From a virus, in the IMG/VR virus record IMGVR_UViG_3300042330_000875, positions 64,001 through 128,000 of that record: a stretch of 64,000 nucleotides of DNA. The stretch is one strand, 5' to 3'. The stretch's first letter is position 1, and every line of letters begins with the position of its first letter. Below are positions 1-9,801 of this stretch, one piece after another. Below the pieces are notes generated by a model that was not told where the DNA came from, did not search any database, and was given only the letters and a program-made list of their open reading frames with translations. A program made the translations under genes and the position numbers.

Positions 1-2
1 GT

Positions 3-908
3 AAAGACAAAGTATTAGGAGTTTGTCCTAAAGATGCACTTTACGATAAAAAATACGATGAAGATTGGGTTTCTGAAGCAATTTATCATGACCTTATGAA
101 AAATTCAGTTTCATTTAAAGTTGGTTTTGATGAACACCTTGATTTAGAAGGTGGTGAAGGTGAAGATGAAAACGATGGTGATGGTAAAGAAGGCGCAACC
201 GTTACAGTTTTGGGGAAAAATGGTCCACCAAAATTAAGTGCAGAAGAAATTGAAAAAATGCGACAAGAAGTTCGTAATCGTGTTATTTCTGCTGCTGTTG
301 CCGCTGGTGCAGGCAATGTTCCTGCTGGTATCCAACGAGCATTAGGTGAATTACTTGATCCTAAATTAGATTGGCGTAGCTTACTTGAATGCTTTGTAAA
401 ATCAATGCTAAAAAGCGACTATACATTTACACGCCCAAATCGCCGTAGTTGGAGTATGCCCGGTGGTATTATTTTACCAGGACAAAAAAACGATACTACA
501 GTAAAAGTGCATTGTTGCATTGATACATCTGGTTCTATGACTGATGAAATGCTTCGTGAATTTTTATCAGAAGTAAAAGGCATTATGACGCAGTTTAAAG
601 ATTTTGAACTTTATCTTTGGACTTTCGACACTCGTGTTTATAACTTCCAAAAATTCACTATGGCAAATGCTAATGATATTGATTCATATGTTCCTGGTGG
701 CGGCGGTGGTACAAGTTTTGAAGTTAATTTTGATTTTATGAAAGAAAATCAAATTGTTCCTGATCGATTTGTAATGTTTACTGATGGTTATCCAAATGAT
801 AGCTGGGGTGATCCAAATTATTGCGATAGCTTGTTTATTGTTTATGGACAAGGGGCACCAAAATCACCATATGGACAAACTGTTCCTTATGAACGTTTAG
901 GGAAATAA
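3..908 (+). CDS. VWA-like domain protein (DUF2201-type metallopeptidase/VWA), 5'-truncated by window edge
   Basis: Frame open from nt 3; MIDAS-like DTSGS, GGGTSF and FTDGY motifs; WSRPNRR-like FTRPNRR and LPG segment. Confidence 0.8.
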   Translation, partial: KDKVLGVCPKDALYDKKYDEDWVSEAIYHDLMKNSVSFKVGFDEHLDLEGGEGEDENDGDGKEGATVTVLGKNGPPKLSAEEIEKMRQEVRNRVISAAVAAGAGNVPAGIQRALGELLDPKLDWRSLLECFVKSMLKSDYTFTRPNRRSWSMPGGIILPGQKNDTTVKVHCCIDTSGSMTDEMLREFLSEVKGIMTQFKDFELYLWTFDTRVYNFQKFTMANANDIDSYVPGGGGGTSFEVNFDFMKENQIVPDRFVMFTDGYPNDSWGDPNYCDSLFIVYGQGAPKSPYGQTVPYERLGK

Positions 909-932
909 AATGGGGAGAAATCCCCATTTTTT
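907..932 (+). terminator. Rho-independent terminator
   Basis: AAAATGGGGA-GAAA-TCCCCATTTT hairpin plus T tract right after stop. Confidence 0.8.
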
Positions 933-938
933 ATTGAT

Positions 939-1276
939 ATGAGTTACGTTTATTACATTGATGGTAAAAAACATCTAAGTGAAAATAGAAATGAAAAAAA
1001 TTCCTTGGCTTAGAATTTCTTCACCAGATGACAATACGCCAGCATTAGAAGACTTATCTGATGGATATAAGTTTTGGTGTTTAAAAGGATATGTTTGGCA
1101 TCGCTTAACTGGTCCTGCTGAAATTTATCCAAACGGAAATTTATTATATGGTTTGAATGGAAGAATATTTAGAAACATAAAAGGGTGGATTAAAAAATCA
1201 TCCAAATCCAGAACTTTATTTTGATGCAATTGATTTGAATGAAACCGATAGAGTTCTTTGGTATTTGAAAAATTAG
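939..1276 (+). pseudogene. HRLTGPA-family paralog copy 1 (tail A), two +1 frameshifts
   Basis: MSYVYYIDGKK at 939, core in the 979 frame, HPNPELYFDAIDLNETDRVLWYLKN in a third frame; shifts fall in A runs near 994-1000 and 1192-1197. Confidence 0.8.
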
Positions 1277-1393
1277 TTTTAAAGCGATTTAAAGCCTATT
1301 AAGTTAATTAAGCACCCAACTACCTAACTCAATCCAACCCCCTCTGTAATGTGCCTCTAATCGCATTTAAACAGCTATTTGAAAGAAAACTAA

Positions 1394-1726
1394 ATGACAC
1401 ATGTTTATTATATTGATGGAAAGAAATTTACAACAAATAATTATGGTGATATTCCTCGGTATGAAATTTCATCACCAAATGAAGAAACACCAGCTTATGA
1501 AGACACAATTGCTGGTTATAAAGAATGGCACGAAAAAGATTGGATTATTCATAGATTAACCGGACCTGCGAGAATTTGGCCTGATGGAAAAGAAGATTTT
1601 TATTTAAATGATAAAAGATATGAAAATGTAAAAGAATGGTTAAAGGATCATCCAAATCCCGATTTGTATTTTGATGCCTTGGGTATGAATGAAACTGATA
1701 AGGTTCTTTGGTATTTGAAAAATTAA
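1394..1726 (+). CDS. HRLTGPA-family paralog copy 2 (tail A)
   Basis: YYIDG..ISSPNEETPA..HRLTGPA..HPNPDLYFDALGMNETDKVLWYLKN. Confidence 0.9.
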   Translation: MTHVYYIDGKKFTTNNYGDIPRYEISSPNEETPAYEDTIAGYKEWHEKDWIIHRLTGPARIWPDGKEDFYLNDKRYENVKEWLKDHPNPDLYFDALGMNETDKVLWYLKN

Positions 1727-1755
1727 AAAGAGGGAAAGTTAACTTTCCCTCTTTT
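1726..1755. terminator. Bidirectional terminator (perfect 30-bp palindrome)
   Basis: AAAAGAGGGAAAGTT|AACTTTCCCTCTTTT between convergent genes. Confidence 0.85.
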
Positions 1756-1758
1756 CTT

Positions 1759-2067
1759 TTAGATAATAAATTTATTTGGATTTGTTATAATCCCACTAAA
1801 TTGTTCCAAGTAAGGTTGTGATAATTCAGCATCAGCTAAAATAGGTCCAAAAAGAATATTGGAATACCCAATTGGAACTAATGGTTTTTTTTCTTTAGTA
1901 ATTATAACAGGCATAAATCCCATTTGAGTTTCAGTAACCGCTAACATTTGTGGATTTTCCATTACTAATTTTTGATTTTCCACATAGTCGTGACATTTAC
2001 CAATAATCATTTGCCCATTGCTCATAACTACTTGAATAATTTTATCTTTTAAATTTGATTGTAACAT
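1759..2067 (-). CDS. Hypothetical protein, possible Sm-like fold
   Basis: MSNGQMIIGK..LVMENP..GFMP pattern resembles small Sm-like phage proteins; GAGG RBS. Confidence 0.45.
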   Translation of the reverse strand: MLQSNLKDKIIQVVMSNGQMIIGKCHDYVENQKLVMENPQMLAVTETQMGFMPVIITKEKKPLVPIGYSNILFGPILADAELSQPYLEQFSGIITNPNKFII

Positions 2068-2120
2068 TGTTTTTTCCTCTATTTTTTATAGAATAGATAA
2101 AAGTTTAATAAAATTCAATA

Positions 2121-2732
2121 TTAAAAAGATATTTTTTTATTTCTTAAAAAATGATTATAATATTCATTTATATCATGATTTTTTTGATTATCATTATAAT
2201 TTAATAACCATTTGATTATATTAGGTTTTTTTAATTTTTCATTTTGTAAATTAAAAATATCTGTTTTAAAAAACGGTAATATTGTTTTACAATCATCTTC
2301 ATGTGAAAAATATTCTACAAAATCTTTTTTAATAATAGGCATACTTCCGTATGCTCTAATTTTCACATTAAAACCAATAGAGTTTAATCTTTCAGCTAAT
2401 AAGATAGCTAAAATAATACTATTGCCCCAACAAACAATAGTAAATTCTTTATAAGATAATTTTGTTAACTCATTAAAGATTTTATTTATTTCTTTATCTT
2501 TGTTTGTGTTTTTTGGTAATTTTAAAAAATGTTTTTTAACAATTGAAATTATATTATCTTTATTTGTGAAATTTTCACTTATAGCCAAAACCGAATCAGC
2601 TTGGGTAAACATTGATATTTTTAAGTTATCATAAATGTGAAAAGGTATTACACGAATTTCTTGTTCATAAAACAAGTTCGTATAATACCCAAATGGTAAA
2701 CTTAAAGAGTGTAAAAATAATAAATCGTTCAC
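2121..2732 (-). CDS. Hypothetical protein, possibly degenerate lipase-like alpha/beta hydrolase
   Basis: WGNS..LAILLA, AYGSMP and HEDD pattern loosely like class-3 lipases, but GxSxG is incomplete. Confidence 0.35.
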   Translation of the reverse strand: MNDLLFLHSLSLPFGYYTNLFYEQEIRVIPFHIYDNLKISMFTQADSVLAISENFTNKDNIISIVKKHFLKLPKNTNKDKEINKIFNELTKLSYKEFTIVCWGNSIILAILLAERLNSIGFNVKIRAYGSMPIIKKDFVEYFSHEDDCKTILPFFKTDIFNLQNEKLKKPNIIKWLLNYNDNQKNHDINEYYNHFLRNKKISF

Positions 2733-2740
2733 ATGACTAT

Positions 2741-2986
2741 TTAAAAACTATAGGAATAATTCCACTTTTCCCAAATTTGTTCGTATTTTGGATAAGCATA
2801 AACGCAGCGTAAAGTCCAATCTTGATTAAGATTGTCAATTTCTTTTGATTTATTATCCATTTGTTTCATACAATGATCAGAAGAAATTTCAACTGAAACA
2901 ATTTCATGTGAAAGATTCTTATTGCTAAGTGCATTGCCAGGAACAGTGGCAAAACTTGCAAGAAGAAACCAAACGCCAATTTCCAT
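2741..2986 (-). CDS. Hypothetical protein with N-terminal signal-like segment
   Basis: AGGAG RBS; hydrophobic N-terminus. Confidence 0.6.
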   Translation of the reverse strand: MEIGVWFLLASFATVPGNALSNKNLSHEIVSVEISSDHCMKQMDNKSKEIDNLNQDWTLRCVYAYPKYEQIWEKWNYSYSF

Positions 2987-3061
2987 AATTTTTCTCCTTT
3001 TGTTAGATTATTAAAATAATAGATTTTGCATTTTTGTCAATGTTTTTGTTAAGATAAATTT

Positions 3062-3394
3062 ATGAGATACATTTATTACATTGATGGTGAAAAATTTACA
3101 ACCGATAGAGAAGATATTCCTTGGGAAGATATATATTCACCTAATGATAATACATCCGCTTTTGAAAATTTATTAACTGGTCATAAAATTTGGTGTAAAA
3201 GAGGATTTATTCGTCATTGTTTAATCGGACCAGCAACAATTTGGCCTGATGGATCAGAATATTTTTTTATAAATGGTGAACCATATGAAAATATTCATGA
3301 TTGGTTAAAAGATCACCCAAATCCAACATTATATTTTCATAAAATTGGAGTTTTTACAGAAACCGATAAAGTTCTTTGGTACTTACAAAATTAA
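3062..3394 (+). CDS. HRLTGPA-family paralog copy 3 (tail A)
   Basis: Family motifs (HCLIGPA variant); ends TETDKVLWYLQN. Confidence 0.9.
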   Translation: MRYIYYIDGEKFTTDREDIPWEDIYSPNDNTSAFENLLTGHKIWCKRGFIRHCLIGPATIWPDGSEYFFINGEPYENIHDWLKDHPNPTLYFHKIGVFTETDKVLWYLQN

Positions 3395-3411
3395 AAAGAG
3401 GAAATTAAAAA

Positions 3412-3876
3412 ATGTTTTATTATAAAATTACAACAGAAGAAAATGGTTTAAGTGTTATAGCCGATGCTATTGAATTTTATGAAAAGGAAATTCAAGACGC
3501 TAAAACAACATTAAATTTAAAAAATAAAAATTTAAAAGATGTTTCACGAGATTTAGGAAGTTGGACAGAATATTATTATGGACAATTCCAAGATTTAGAA
3601 ATGATAATTAAATGGTTAGAACTTCAACTTGAACGCGCAAGAAGCAATCATTATAGAAATTATACTAATTTGAAAAATCGTGCTTATACCGACCGTCAAA
3701 TTGAAAAATTAATTGATGGTGAACAAGATGTTTATGATTTTAATTTATTAGTTAATCAAGTTGCATTGACAAGAAATAAATTGTCTGGTATAATGAAAGC
3801 GTTAGAAGCGATGAATTATCAACTTAGTAACATAACAAAACTTATAACCGCTGGTATGGAAGATGCGAGGCTTTAA
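3412..3876 (+). CDS. uvsY: UvsY-like recombination mediator
   Basis: 154-aa helical protein, RAYTDRQIEKLIDGE..YQLSNITKL; near UvsW. Confidence 0.75.
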   Translation: MFYYKITTEENGLSVIADAIEFYEKEIQDAKTTLNLKNKNLKDVSRDLGSWTEYYYGQFQDLEMIIKWLELQLERARSNHYRNYTNLKNRAYTDRQIEKLIDGEQDVYDFNLLVNQVALTRNKLSGIMKALEAMNYQLSNITKLITAGMEDARL

Positions 3877-4955
3877 TGCAAAATTTTAATTCAATGACTG
3901 ATTTAGCCATTTTAGTTAATTACATTATTACAAATGGTATTTATTGGGATAAAACGAATTTTGATGAAAACCAAATTTTAAAAAACTTTAATTCTTTAGG
4001 AACTTGGGATAGTAATTTTCTTAAAGATCGGTTAAAAAATTTTCATCAATCAACGATGTTAACCGATAAACAAATCGCTAATTTAACTAGAATTTTAAAT
4101 AATCTTTTAAATGATCAATCTTGTTTTCAATCAATTCTTAATAAAAATGAATGGGAAAATCCTGTTTATGAAAGTAAACCAATTGAATTAAAGGCAAGAT
4201 TTGAAAATAATTCTATTATTTTTCAATGTAAACCTTATCAAGCAAAAACAATTGCTGAACAAGTTTTAGTTTATCAATTACAAGATAATCTTTTTATGAT
4301 GCCTTTAAATTCAAGAAATGTTGAAGTAGTTGATAAAATTTTTATGAATAGTTTTGAGTTTGAAGTTTCTCAAGAATTAATTGATTATGTAGAAAACATT
4401 CCTAATCCAAATGAAATAAGATTTTACATTAAAAACGATAATTTATTTGGATATGAAACTGATTTAAGGTTAAATCATGGATGGTTTGAAAATGCTAATA
4501 TTTATTTAAGAACTAATTTTTTAAGAAATGAAATTAAAAAATATGATATAGTTACAAACATAAATGATTTTTCAGATTATTTTATTGATCCTTTTGAAAA
4601 AGCAAAAAATCGTTTTGATAAAATGAAATATATTATCATTAATTATGATGATTCACATTCGAGAAAATTGGTTGATTTTATTGAAAATTTAAATGAAAAT
4701 GAATACATTTGTTATGATGATGAAATTTACAATGCACTAAAACCAAATTTAATTAATATGATTGAATGGAATAAGAAAAGTGATCGTTGGAATTTTGCAG
4801 ATTATCATAAGCGTTCTTTTATAACCAAAGGTTATTATGATAATTCATTTAGAATGCTTCATGGGATTATTGGTAAATTAACAACCAGTACAATTGTTTT
4901 ACGCCCATTTAATAATTTTACTGAAACTCAGCGATTTGCACAATGTTCAATATAA
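3876..4955 (+). CDS. Hypothetical protein
   Basis: 359-aa ORF coupled to uvsY by TAATG. Confidence 0.7.
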   Translation: MQNFNSMTDLAILVNYIITNGIYWDKTNFDENQILKNFNSLGTWDSNFLKDRLKNFHQSTMLTDKQIANLTRILNNLLNDQSCFQSILNKNEWENPVYESKPIELKARFENNSIIFQCKPYQAKTIAEQVLVYQLQDNLFMMPLNSRNVEVVDKIFMNSFEFEVSQELIDYVENIPNPNEIRFYIKNDNLFGYETDLRLNHGWFENANIYLRTNFLRNEIKKYDIVTNINDFSDYFIDPFEKAKNRFDKMKYIIINYDDSHSRKLVDFIENLNENEYICYDDEIYNALKPNLINMIEWNKKSDRWNFADYHKRSFITKGYYDNSFRMLHGIIGKLTTSTIVLRPFNNFTETQRFAQCSI

Positions 4956-4981
4956 AAGGGGAAAATTAATTTTCCCCTTTT
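4954..4981. terminator. Bidirectional terminator (perfect palindrome)
   Basis: AAAAGGGGAAAATT|AATTTTCCCCTTTT. Confidence 0.85.
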
Positions 4982-4984
4982 CTT

Positions 4985-5287
4985 TTAGTTCCAAAGTTTA
5001 AGCATTTCTTTCTTGAAAGCTTCGTCTTGATTTGGATGGTATTTTAGCCATTCATCAACATTTTCATATGGTTGATCATTTAACCAAAATTCTTTCCCAT
5101 CTGACCAAATAATGGCAGGTCCAGTTAATCGATGCCAAATATTTCCTTTTTCACACCATCGTTTATAACCAGTTTCTAAATTTTCAAATGCTGGCGTATT
5201 TTCATCGAGTGATGAAATATCATGTCTAGGAATATTATTAAAATCATCGGTTAAAAATTCTTTTCCATCAATATAAAATTTATACAT
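4985..5287 (-). CDS. HRLTGPA-family paralog copy 4 (tail B variant)
   Basis: Start MYKFYIDG after AAGGAG RBS; ends HPNQDEAFKKEMLKLWN. Confidence 0.9.
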   Translation of the reverse strand: MYKFYIDGKEFLTDDFNNIPRHDISSLDENTPAFENLETGYKRWCEKGNIWHRLTGPAIIWSDGKEFWLNDQPYENVDEWLKYHPNQDEAFKKEMLKLWN

Positions 5288-5410
5288 GTTATTTCTCCTT
5301 GTTAAAAACAATCAAGAATAAAATGAAATAATAAAAAAGTCAAACAATTAAAATTTAAATTTTGTATTTTTATTCATTAACTGTTATTTTTAAAAAATAA
5401 GAGGTAACAA

Positions 5411-6856
5411 ATGAATAAAACAACTTTAATAATAAAAGATCAAGTAAACATAAGATTTACCGATTTAGACCCTGCAACAAGAAGACAATTAAACGCAGCA
5501 GTAAAATATTTTATTCCATCAGCTAAACATGCTATGAGTTATAAACTTGGTCATTGGGATGGAGCTACTAGCTATTGTGATATTGCAGGCAATAGCTTTC
5601 TTAATTTACTTCCTAAATTACTTCCAATTGTAGAACAAAACAAGTACGAAGTTATTTTAGATGATCGCCGTAGAACAATTCCAGAACTAACAAAAAGAGT
5701 GGATGAAAATTATCTTTCTCATTTAACTTGGCCTATTGGTCATCCAGCAGAAAATCAACCTATTATTTTACGTTCTCATCAAGTAGAAATTATCAATGGT
5801 ATGCTTTCAACTCCACAAGGTATTTTTCTTGCTGCAACAGGGGCAGGAAAAACATTATGTTTAGCAACTTTATGTTCAATAGTTGAAACTTATGGAAAAA
5901 CATTAACCATCGTTCCTAACAGAGATTTGGTTACACAAACTGAAGAAGATTTTAAACTTCTTGGTTTAGATGTTGGCGTTTATTATGGCGGAAGAAAAGA
6001 AGTAGGTCATCAACATACTGTTGCAACTTGGCAAAGCTTTAGTAAATTAAGCAAAAAGAAAAAAGACATTGATTTTCCAATTGAAACTTATGCTGAAGAA
6101 TTAGCAGCAGTAATTGTTGATGAAACACATCTTGGTAAGTCAAATGAAATCAAAACTTTATTAACTGATTATTTAAGTGATGTTCCTTTACGTTGGGGAT
6201 TAACAGGTACATTACCAAAAGAAGAAATAGATCAAGTTTCTTTATTATGCAGTATTGGTGATGTTATCGGGCAAGTAACAGCCAAACAATTACAAGATAC
6301 AAAAGTATTAAGCACTTGTGAAATAAAAATTATTGAAACAAAAGAAAATAATAAATTTACTGATTATCATGAAGAATATAAATTTGCTACAACTGATAAA
6401 GCAAGATTAAATAAAGTATCAAAAATTATTAATGATGAAATTATTAATAATGGAAATACATTGATATTAGTTAATAATATTGAAACTGGTAAACAATTAG
6501 AACAATTAATACCAGGAAGTAAATTTATATCAGGTGGAACTAAAAACAAAGATCGTATGGCAGAATATTTGAGTTTTAAAACTGAAAATGAAAAACCTTT
6601 GATTGCAACATTTGGTATTGCTGCGGTTGGTTTAAATATTGCCAGACTTTTTAATGTGGTTTTATTTGAACCTGGAAAATCATATGTAAAAGTAATTCAA
6701 AGTATTGGTCGTGGGTTAAGAATGGCAAAAGATAAAACCCATGTTAGGATATTTGATATATGTTCTAATATGAAATATTCTAAACGTCATACTGAACAAA
6801 GAATTGCCTATTATAAAGAAGCTGAATATCCATTTGAGAGAACAAAACATGATTAA
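5411..6856 (+). CDS. uvsW: UvsW-like SF2 DNA helicase
   Basis: ATGAGKT, DETH, GLTGT, QSIGRGLR motifs; GHWDG N-terminus. Confidence 0.9.
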   Translation: MNKTTLIIKDQVNIRFTDLDPATRRQLNAAVKYFIPSAKHAMSYKLGHWDGATSYCDIAGNSFLNLLPKLLPIVEQNKYEVILDDRRRTIPELTKRVDENYLSHLTWPIGHPAENQPIILRSHQVEIINGMLSTPQGIFLAATGAGKTLCLATLCSIVETYGKTLTIVPNRDLVTQTEEDFKLLGLDVGVYYGGRKEVGHQHTVATWQSFSKLSKKKKDIDFPIETYAEELAAVIVDETHLGKSNEIKTLLTDYLSDVPLRWGLTGTLPKEEIDQVSLLCSIGDVIGQVTAKQLQDTKVLSTCEIKIIETKENNKFTDYHEEYKFATTDKARLNKVSKIINDEIINNGNTLILVNNIETGKQLEQLIPGSKFISGGTKNKDRMAEYLSFKTENEKPLIATFGIAAVGLNIARLFNVVLFEPGKSYVKVIQSIGRGLRMAKDKTHVRIFDICSNMKYSKRHTEQRIAYYKEAEYPFERTKHD

Positions 6857-7343
6857 ATTATTAGATAATACTGGCGCTCATATTGACATGAGCAATATAA
6901 ATGTAAAAGTAGAAAATTTTTATTGTATTTTAGATTGGAGTAATCAAAACGATGTTGATTTTAAATTCAATTTATTAGACATGTTAGTACAAGAATCTTG
7001 GCCGGTTGGAGTATTAAAAATAGGCGATGCTGTAATTCAGTTGCCGTTAAATTGGAAAATAGCAGTAGCAGACAGAAACTGTGAATATATTGAAATGATT
7101 GAAATTACTGAATTAAGAAAACGTCCATTTTGTGCTTTTGGTTTTGATCCTTTACGCGGTTTCTATCCTGAATTTTTACCGATTGAATTAATTGATCGTT
7201 ATCCAAATATGGATATATTATGGCCTTTATTAAAAAATGGTCATTTATTAAGTTACCCAATTAAGAAAAATTGTTGTATTTTTATTTGTCCACCAGAAGT
7301 AAAAATTCCAGATATGCTTGATATAGGAAAAATATTTCAATGA
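6849..7343 (+). CDS. Hypothetical protein downstream of UvsW
   Basis: ORF; likely start MIKLLDN overlapping the uvsW end. Confidence 0.65.
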   Translation: MIKLLDNTGAHIDMSNINVKVENFYCILDWSNQNDVDFKFNLLDMLVQESWPVGVLKIGDAVIQLPLNWKIAVADRNCEYIEMIEITELRKRPFCAFGFDPLRGFYPEFLPIELIDRYPNMDILWPLLKNGHLLSYPIKKNCCIFICPPEVKIPDMLDIGKIFQ

Positions 7344-8008
7344 AAACATTAAAAATTTGTAATGCCGGATTAAAAAATCAAATGGTATTTGAAGTAAAAA
7401 ATTTCATTTATTATAGAAATAATAAAGAATATGTTTTAGATCGTCAAATTGAACAAGGACGATTAAGATTTATAAAAGATGGCGAAATTGATTTTGAAAT
7501 ATCATTAAGTAAAATATTCCACATTATTTTTTCTGAACAACGATATATTGATAGTACAACGGTAAATGAATATTTTAGAAAAGAAAATACTAAATTTACA
7601 ATAAATCAATTTATGTGTAATCGTATTCATAAAAATTTATTCAATAAATTTTATGAAAATTTTAATGGTGAAAATTCTATTGAACTTGATATAAGTGATG
7701 ATTTATTTTTATCTCATAGTTATGGATTAACACATGTAAATTTATTACGTAAAAATAAAGTTAAAAAAGAAAAACCAAAAATTGTTCATTTAGATAAAAT
7801 TGGTACTGAAATAGAAATTGACGATTTAGTTATTGGATGTAGAGATAATAATCTTCATATTACTACTGTTAAAAAATTATGTCCTTTAATGTTATTATTA
7901 AGCAATAATGTTTATGTTTATAAAAAAGAAACAGTTGTTATAAAAAAGCATGATCCTAGTTATGAGCAATTTAACGCATTAAGTATTTTAATTGAATTAA
8001 GAAAATAA
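7340..8008 (+). CDS. Hypothetical protein
   Basis: 222-aa ORF with ATGA overlap. Confidence 0.65.
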   Translation: MKTLKICNAGLKNQMVFEVKNFIYYRNNKEYVLDRQIEQGRLRFIKDGEIDFEISLSKIFHIIFSEQRYIDSTTVNEYFRKENTKFTINQFMCNRIHKNLFNKFYENFNGENSIELDISDDLFLSHSYGLTHVNLLRKNKVKKEKPKIVHLDKIGTEIEIDDLVIGCRDNNLHITTVKKLCPLMLLLSNNVYVYKKETVVIKKHDPSYEQFNALSILIELRK

Positions 8009-8011
8009 CTC

Positions 8012-8040
8012 TTGACATAACTTAGAAAATTTTCTATATT
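8012..8040 (+). promoter_or_regulatory. Sigma70-type promoter with AGAAAATTTTCT palindrome
   Basis: TTGACA-17-TATATT. Confidence 0.85.
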
Positions 8041-8077
8041 AGTTTCATCAACGAGACAGAATAAAGGATATATAATT

Positions 8078-8269
8078 ATGGAAAATAAAAAAATTTATGT
8101 TGTTTATACTGACTGGAATGGAAGTATGACCTCTGATCATCGCGCGGTTGAAATTAATAAAGCTTTTACTAATATTGAAAAAGCAAACGAGTATATTATC
8201 GATCAATTAGTTAATTATGAAATTATTCCTCGAAAATATATTTTTATTGAAGAAATTGAATTGGAATAG
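8078..8269 (+). CDS. Small hypothetical protein
   Basis: Own promoter, AAGGA RBS, terminator at 8285-8310. Confidence 0.7.
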   Translation: MENKKIYVVYTDWNGSMTSDHRAVEINKAFTNIEKANEYIIDQLVNYEIIPRKYIFIEEIELE

Positions 8270-8379
8270 TTTTAAACTTAAATTAAAAGCGGGAAATTTC
8301 CCGCTTTTTTCATATAAAATAAATTCTTGACAAAATCATCAATTAATGGCAAATTTGAAAACTAACAAGGAGATTTTTA

Positions 8380-8853
8380 ATGTCATTAACTGTTTTTTTA
8401 GATTCCGATGGTGTTTTGGCTGATTTTGATCGCAGGGCGCGCGAATTGCTTAATTGTGATCATCGTCGGTTGCCTGATGAAGAAATGTGGCGTCGTTTAA
8501 ATGAATTTGAAGATTTTTGGCATACTATCCCCAAGCGGTATGATGCTGATGAATTAGTTGCAGGCGTAAGGGAATTGGGTTATGAACCTGTAATCATTAC
8601 AGGTTGCCCTAAATCAAATTATGAAGTTGCTGATAAGGGCAAACGTGATTTCTTTAATCAGCATTGGCCTGAATTTACGGTTCACACTTGTTTGTCAAGA
8701 AATAAAGCATCATTTATGAGAAATCCTGGTGATATTCTCATTGATGATTTTAAAAGCAATTGCAAGCGGTGGGCAGCGGCAAATGGTGTGCCAATTTGGC
8801 ATAAAAATACCAAACAAACTTTAACTGAACTTAAAAACATTTTAGGAGTATAA
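8380..8853 (+). CDS. HAD-family 5'(3')-deoxyribonucleotidase (NT5C-like)
   Basis: FLDSDGVLADF and ILIDD motifs. Confidence 0.85.
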   Translation: MSLTVFLDSDGVLADFDRRARELLNCDHRRLPDEEMWRRLNEFEDFWHTIPKRYDADELVAGVRELGYEPVIITGCPKSNYEVADKGKRDFFNQHWPEFTVHTCLSRNKASFMRNPGDILIDDFKSNCKRWAAANGVPIWHKNTKQTLTELKNILGV

Positions 8854-8854
8854 T

Positions 8855-9256
8855 ATGAGTAATGTAGTTTTTGATCCACACGCAAGAGAACAAAAAGAAG
8901 CAACTTTTGAACGAGTTATTGAAAATGTTAATCCATTTGAAAATGATAGCATTTGGACACAAAAGTTAGCTTTAAATTGGAGCGTGTTAGCGGTTTATGA
9001 TTGTAGTAAATTGGAAAATATGTTTGGCGTATTTCCTGAAACTGCAAAAATTGCTGATTATTTTAAACAACAAAACATCGATGTTTATGTTGAAAATCTT
9101 CCTTGGATTAATCGTTATGGTAAAAACGGCATGAAAATGAACAAACTTAAACCAGCCGATCATGTAATTAGAGTTTATGCTAATTCAAAAGAAGTTTTAG
9201 AAAATTCACCTTTTGAATGGGTTCAATTTCAAATTAAGGATGAAAAATATTCTTAA
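8855..9256 (+). CDS. Hypothetical protein
   Basis: AGGAG RBS, 133 aa. Confidence 0.7.
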   Translation: MSNVVFDPHAREQKEATFERVIENVNPFENDSIWTQKLALNWSVLAVYDCSKLENMFGVFPETAKIADYFKQQNIDVYVENLPWINRYGKNGMKMNKLKPADHVIRVYANSKEVLENSPFEWVQFQIKDEKYS

Positions 9257-9588
9257 TGTTTATTTATTATGTTGATGGAAATAAATTTACAACCGATAAT
9301 AAAGATGGAATTAATTTTTATGATATTTCATCCCCCAATGATGATATTCCTGCTTTTGAAGATTTATCTGATGGATATAAATCTTGGTTTGAAAAAAAAG
9401 TAATTTGGCATCGATTAACTGGGCCAGCTAGAATTTGGTTTGATGGGACAGAAGAATTTTATTTAAATGGAATTGGTTATCCTTCTATAAAAGAATGGAT
9501 TAATGATCATCCAAATCCCGATTTATACTTCGATGCAATTGGAATAAAAACAGAAACTGAACGAGTTTTGTGGTTTTTACAAAATTAA
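9256..9588 (+). CDS. HRLTGPA-family paralog copy 5 (tail A)
   Basis: TAATG coupling; ends TETERVLWFLQN. Confidence 0.9.
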   Translation: MFIYYVDGNKFTTDNKDGINFYDISSPNDDIPAFEDLSDGYKSWFEKKVIWHRLTGPARIWFDGTEEFYLNGIGYPSIKEWINDHPNPDLYFDAIGIKTETERVLWFLQN

Positions 9589-9601
9589 AAAGGAATAAAT
9601 T

Positions 9602-9801
9602 ATGAAAAAAGGTGCCGGTATTGTTTTTATGGTTTTGTTTATTCAACTTATTTTGTTAAATGTAATAAAGAAGAGATTTTAAATCAATTTAAATTTACTA
9701 ATGAAATCAAAGACTTACAATTTTTCGATATTAATAATTTACCAAAAAATTGCTTATTTAATAATAAATTTATTGAAAATTTAAAATCACACATTCATTG
9801 A
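9602..9801 (+). pseudogene. Possible NUDIX hydrolase remnant with internal deletion
   Basis: MKKGAGIVF start joined out of frame to GFVYSTYFV..NEIKDLQFFDINNLP; no Nudix box. Confidence 0.4.

Noticed and set aside
7340-8008. C-termini of 7340 (LSILIELRK) and 44923 (SYLLLELK) as tag carriers
   Set aside because: They lack the T-D/E cap and aromatic position; too weak to count
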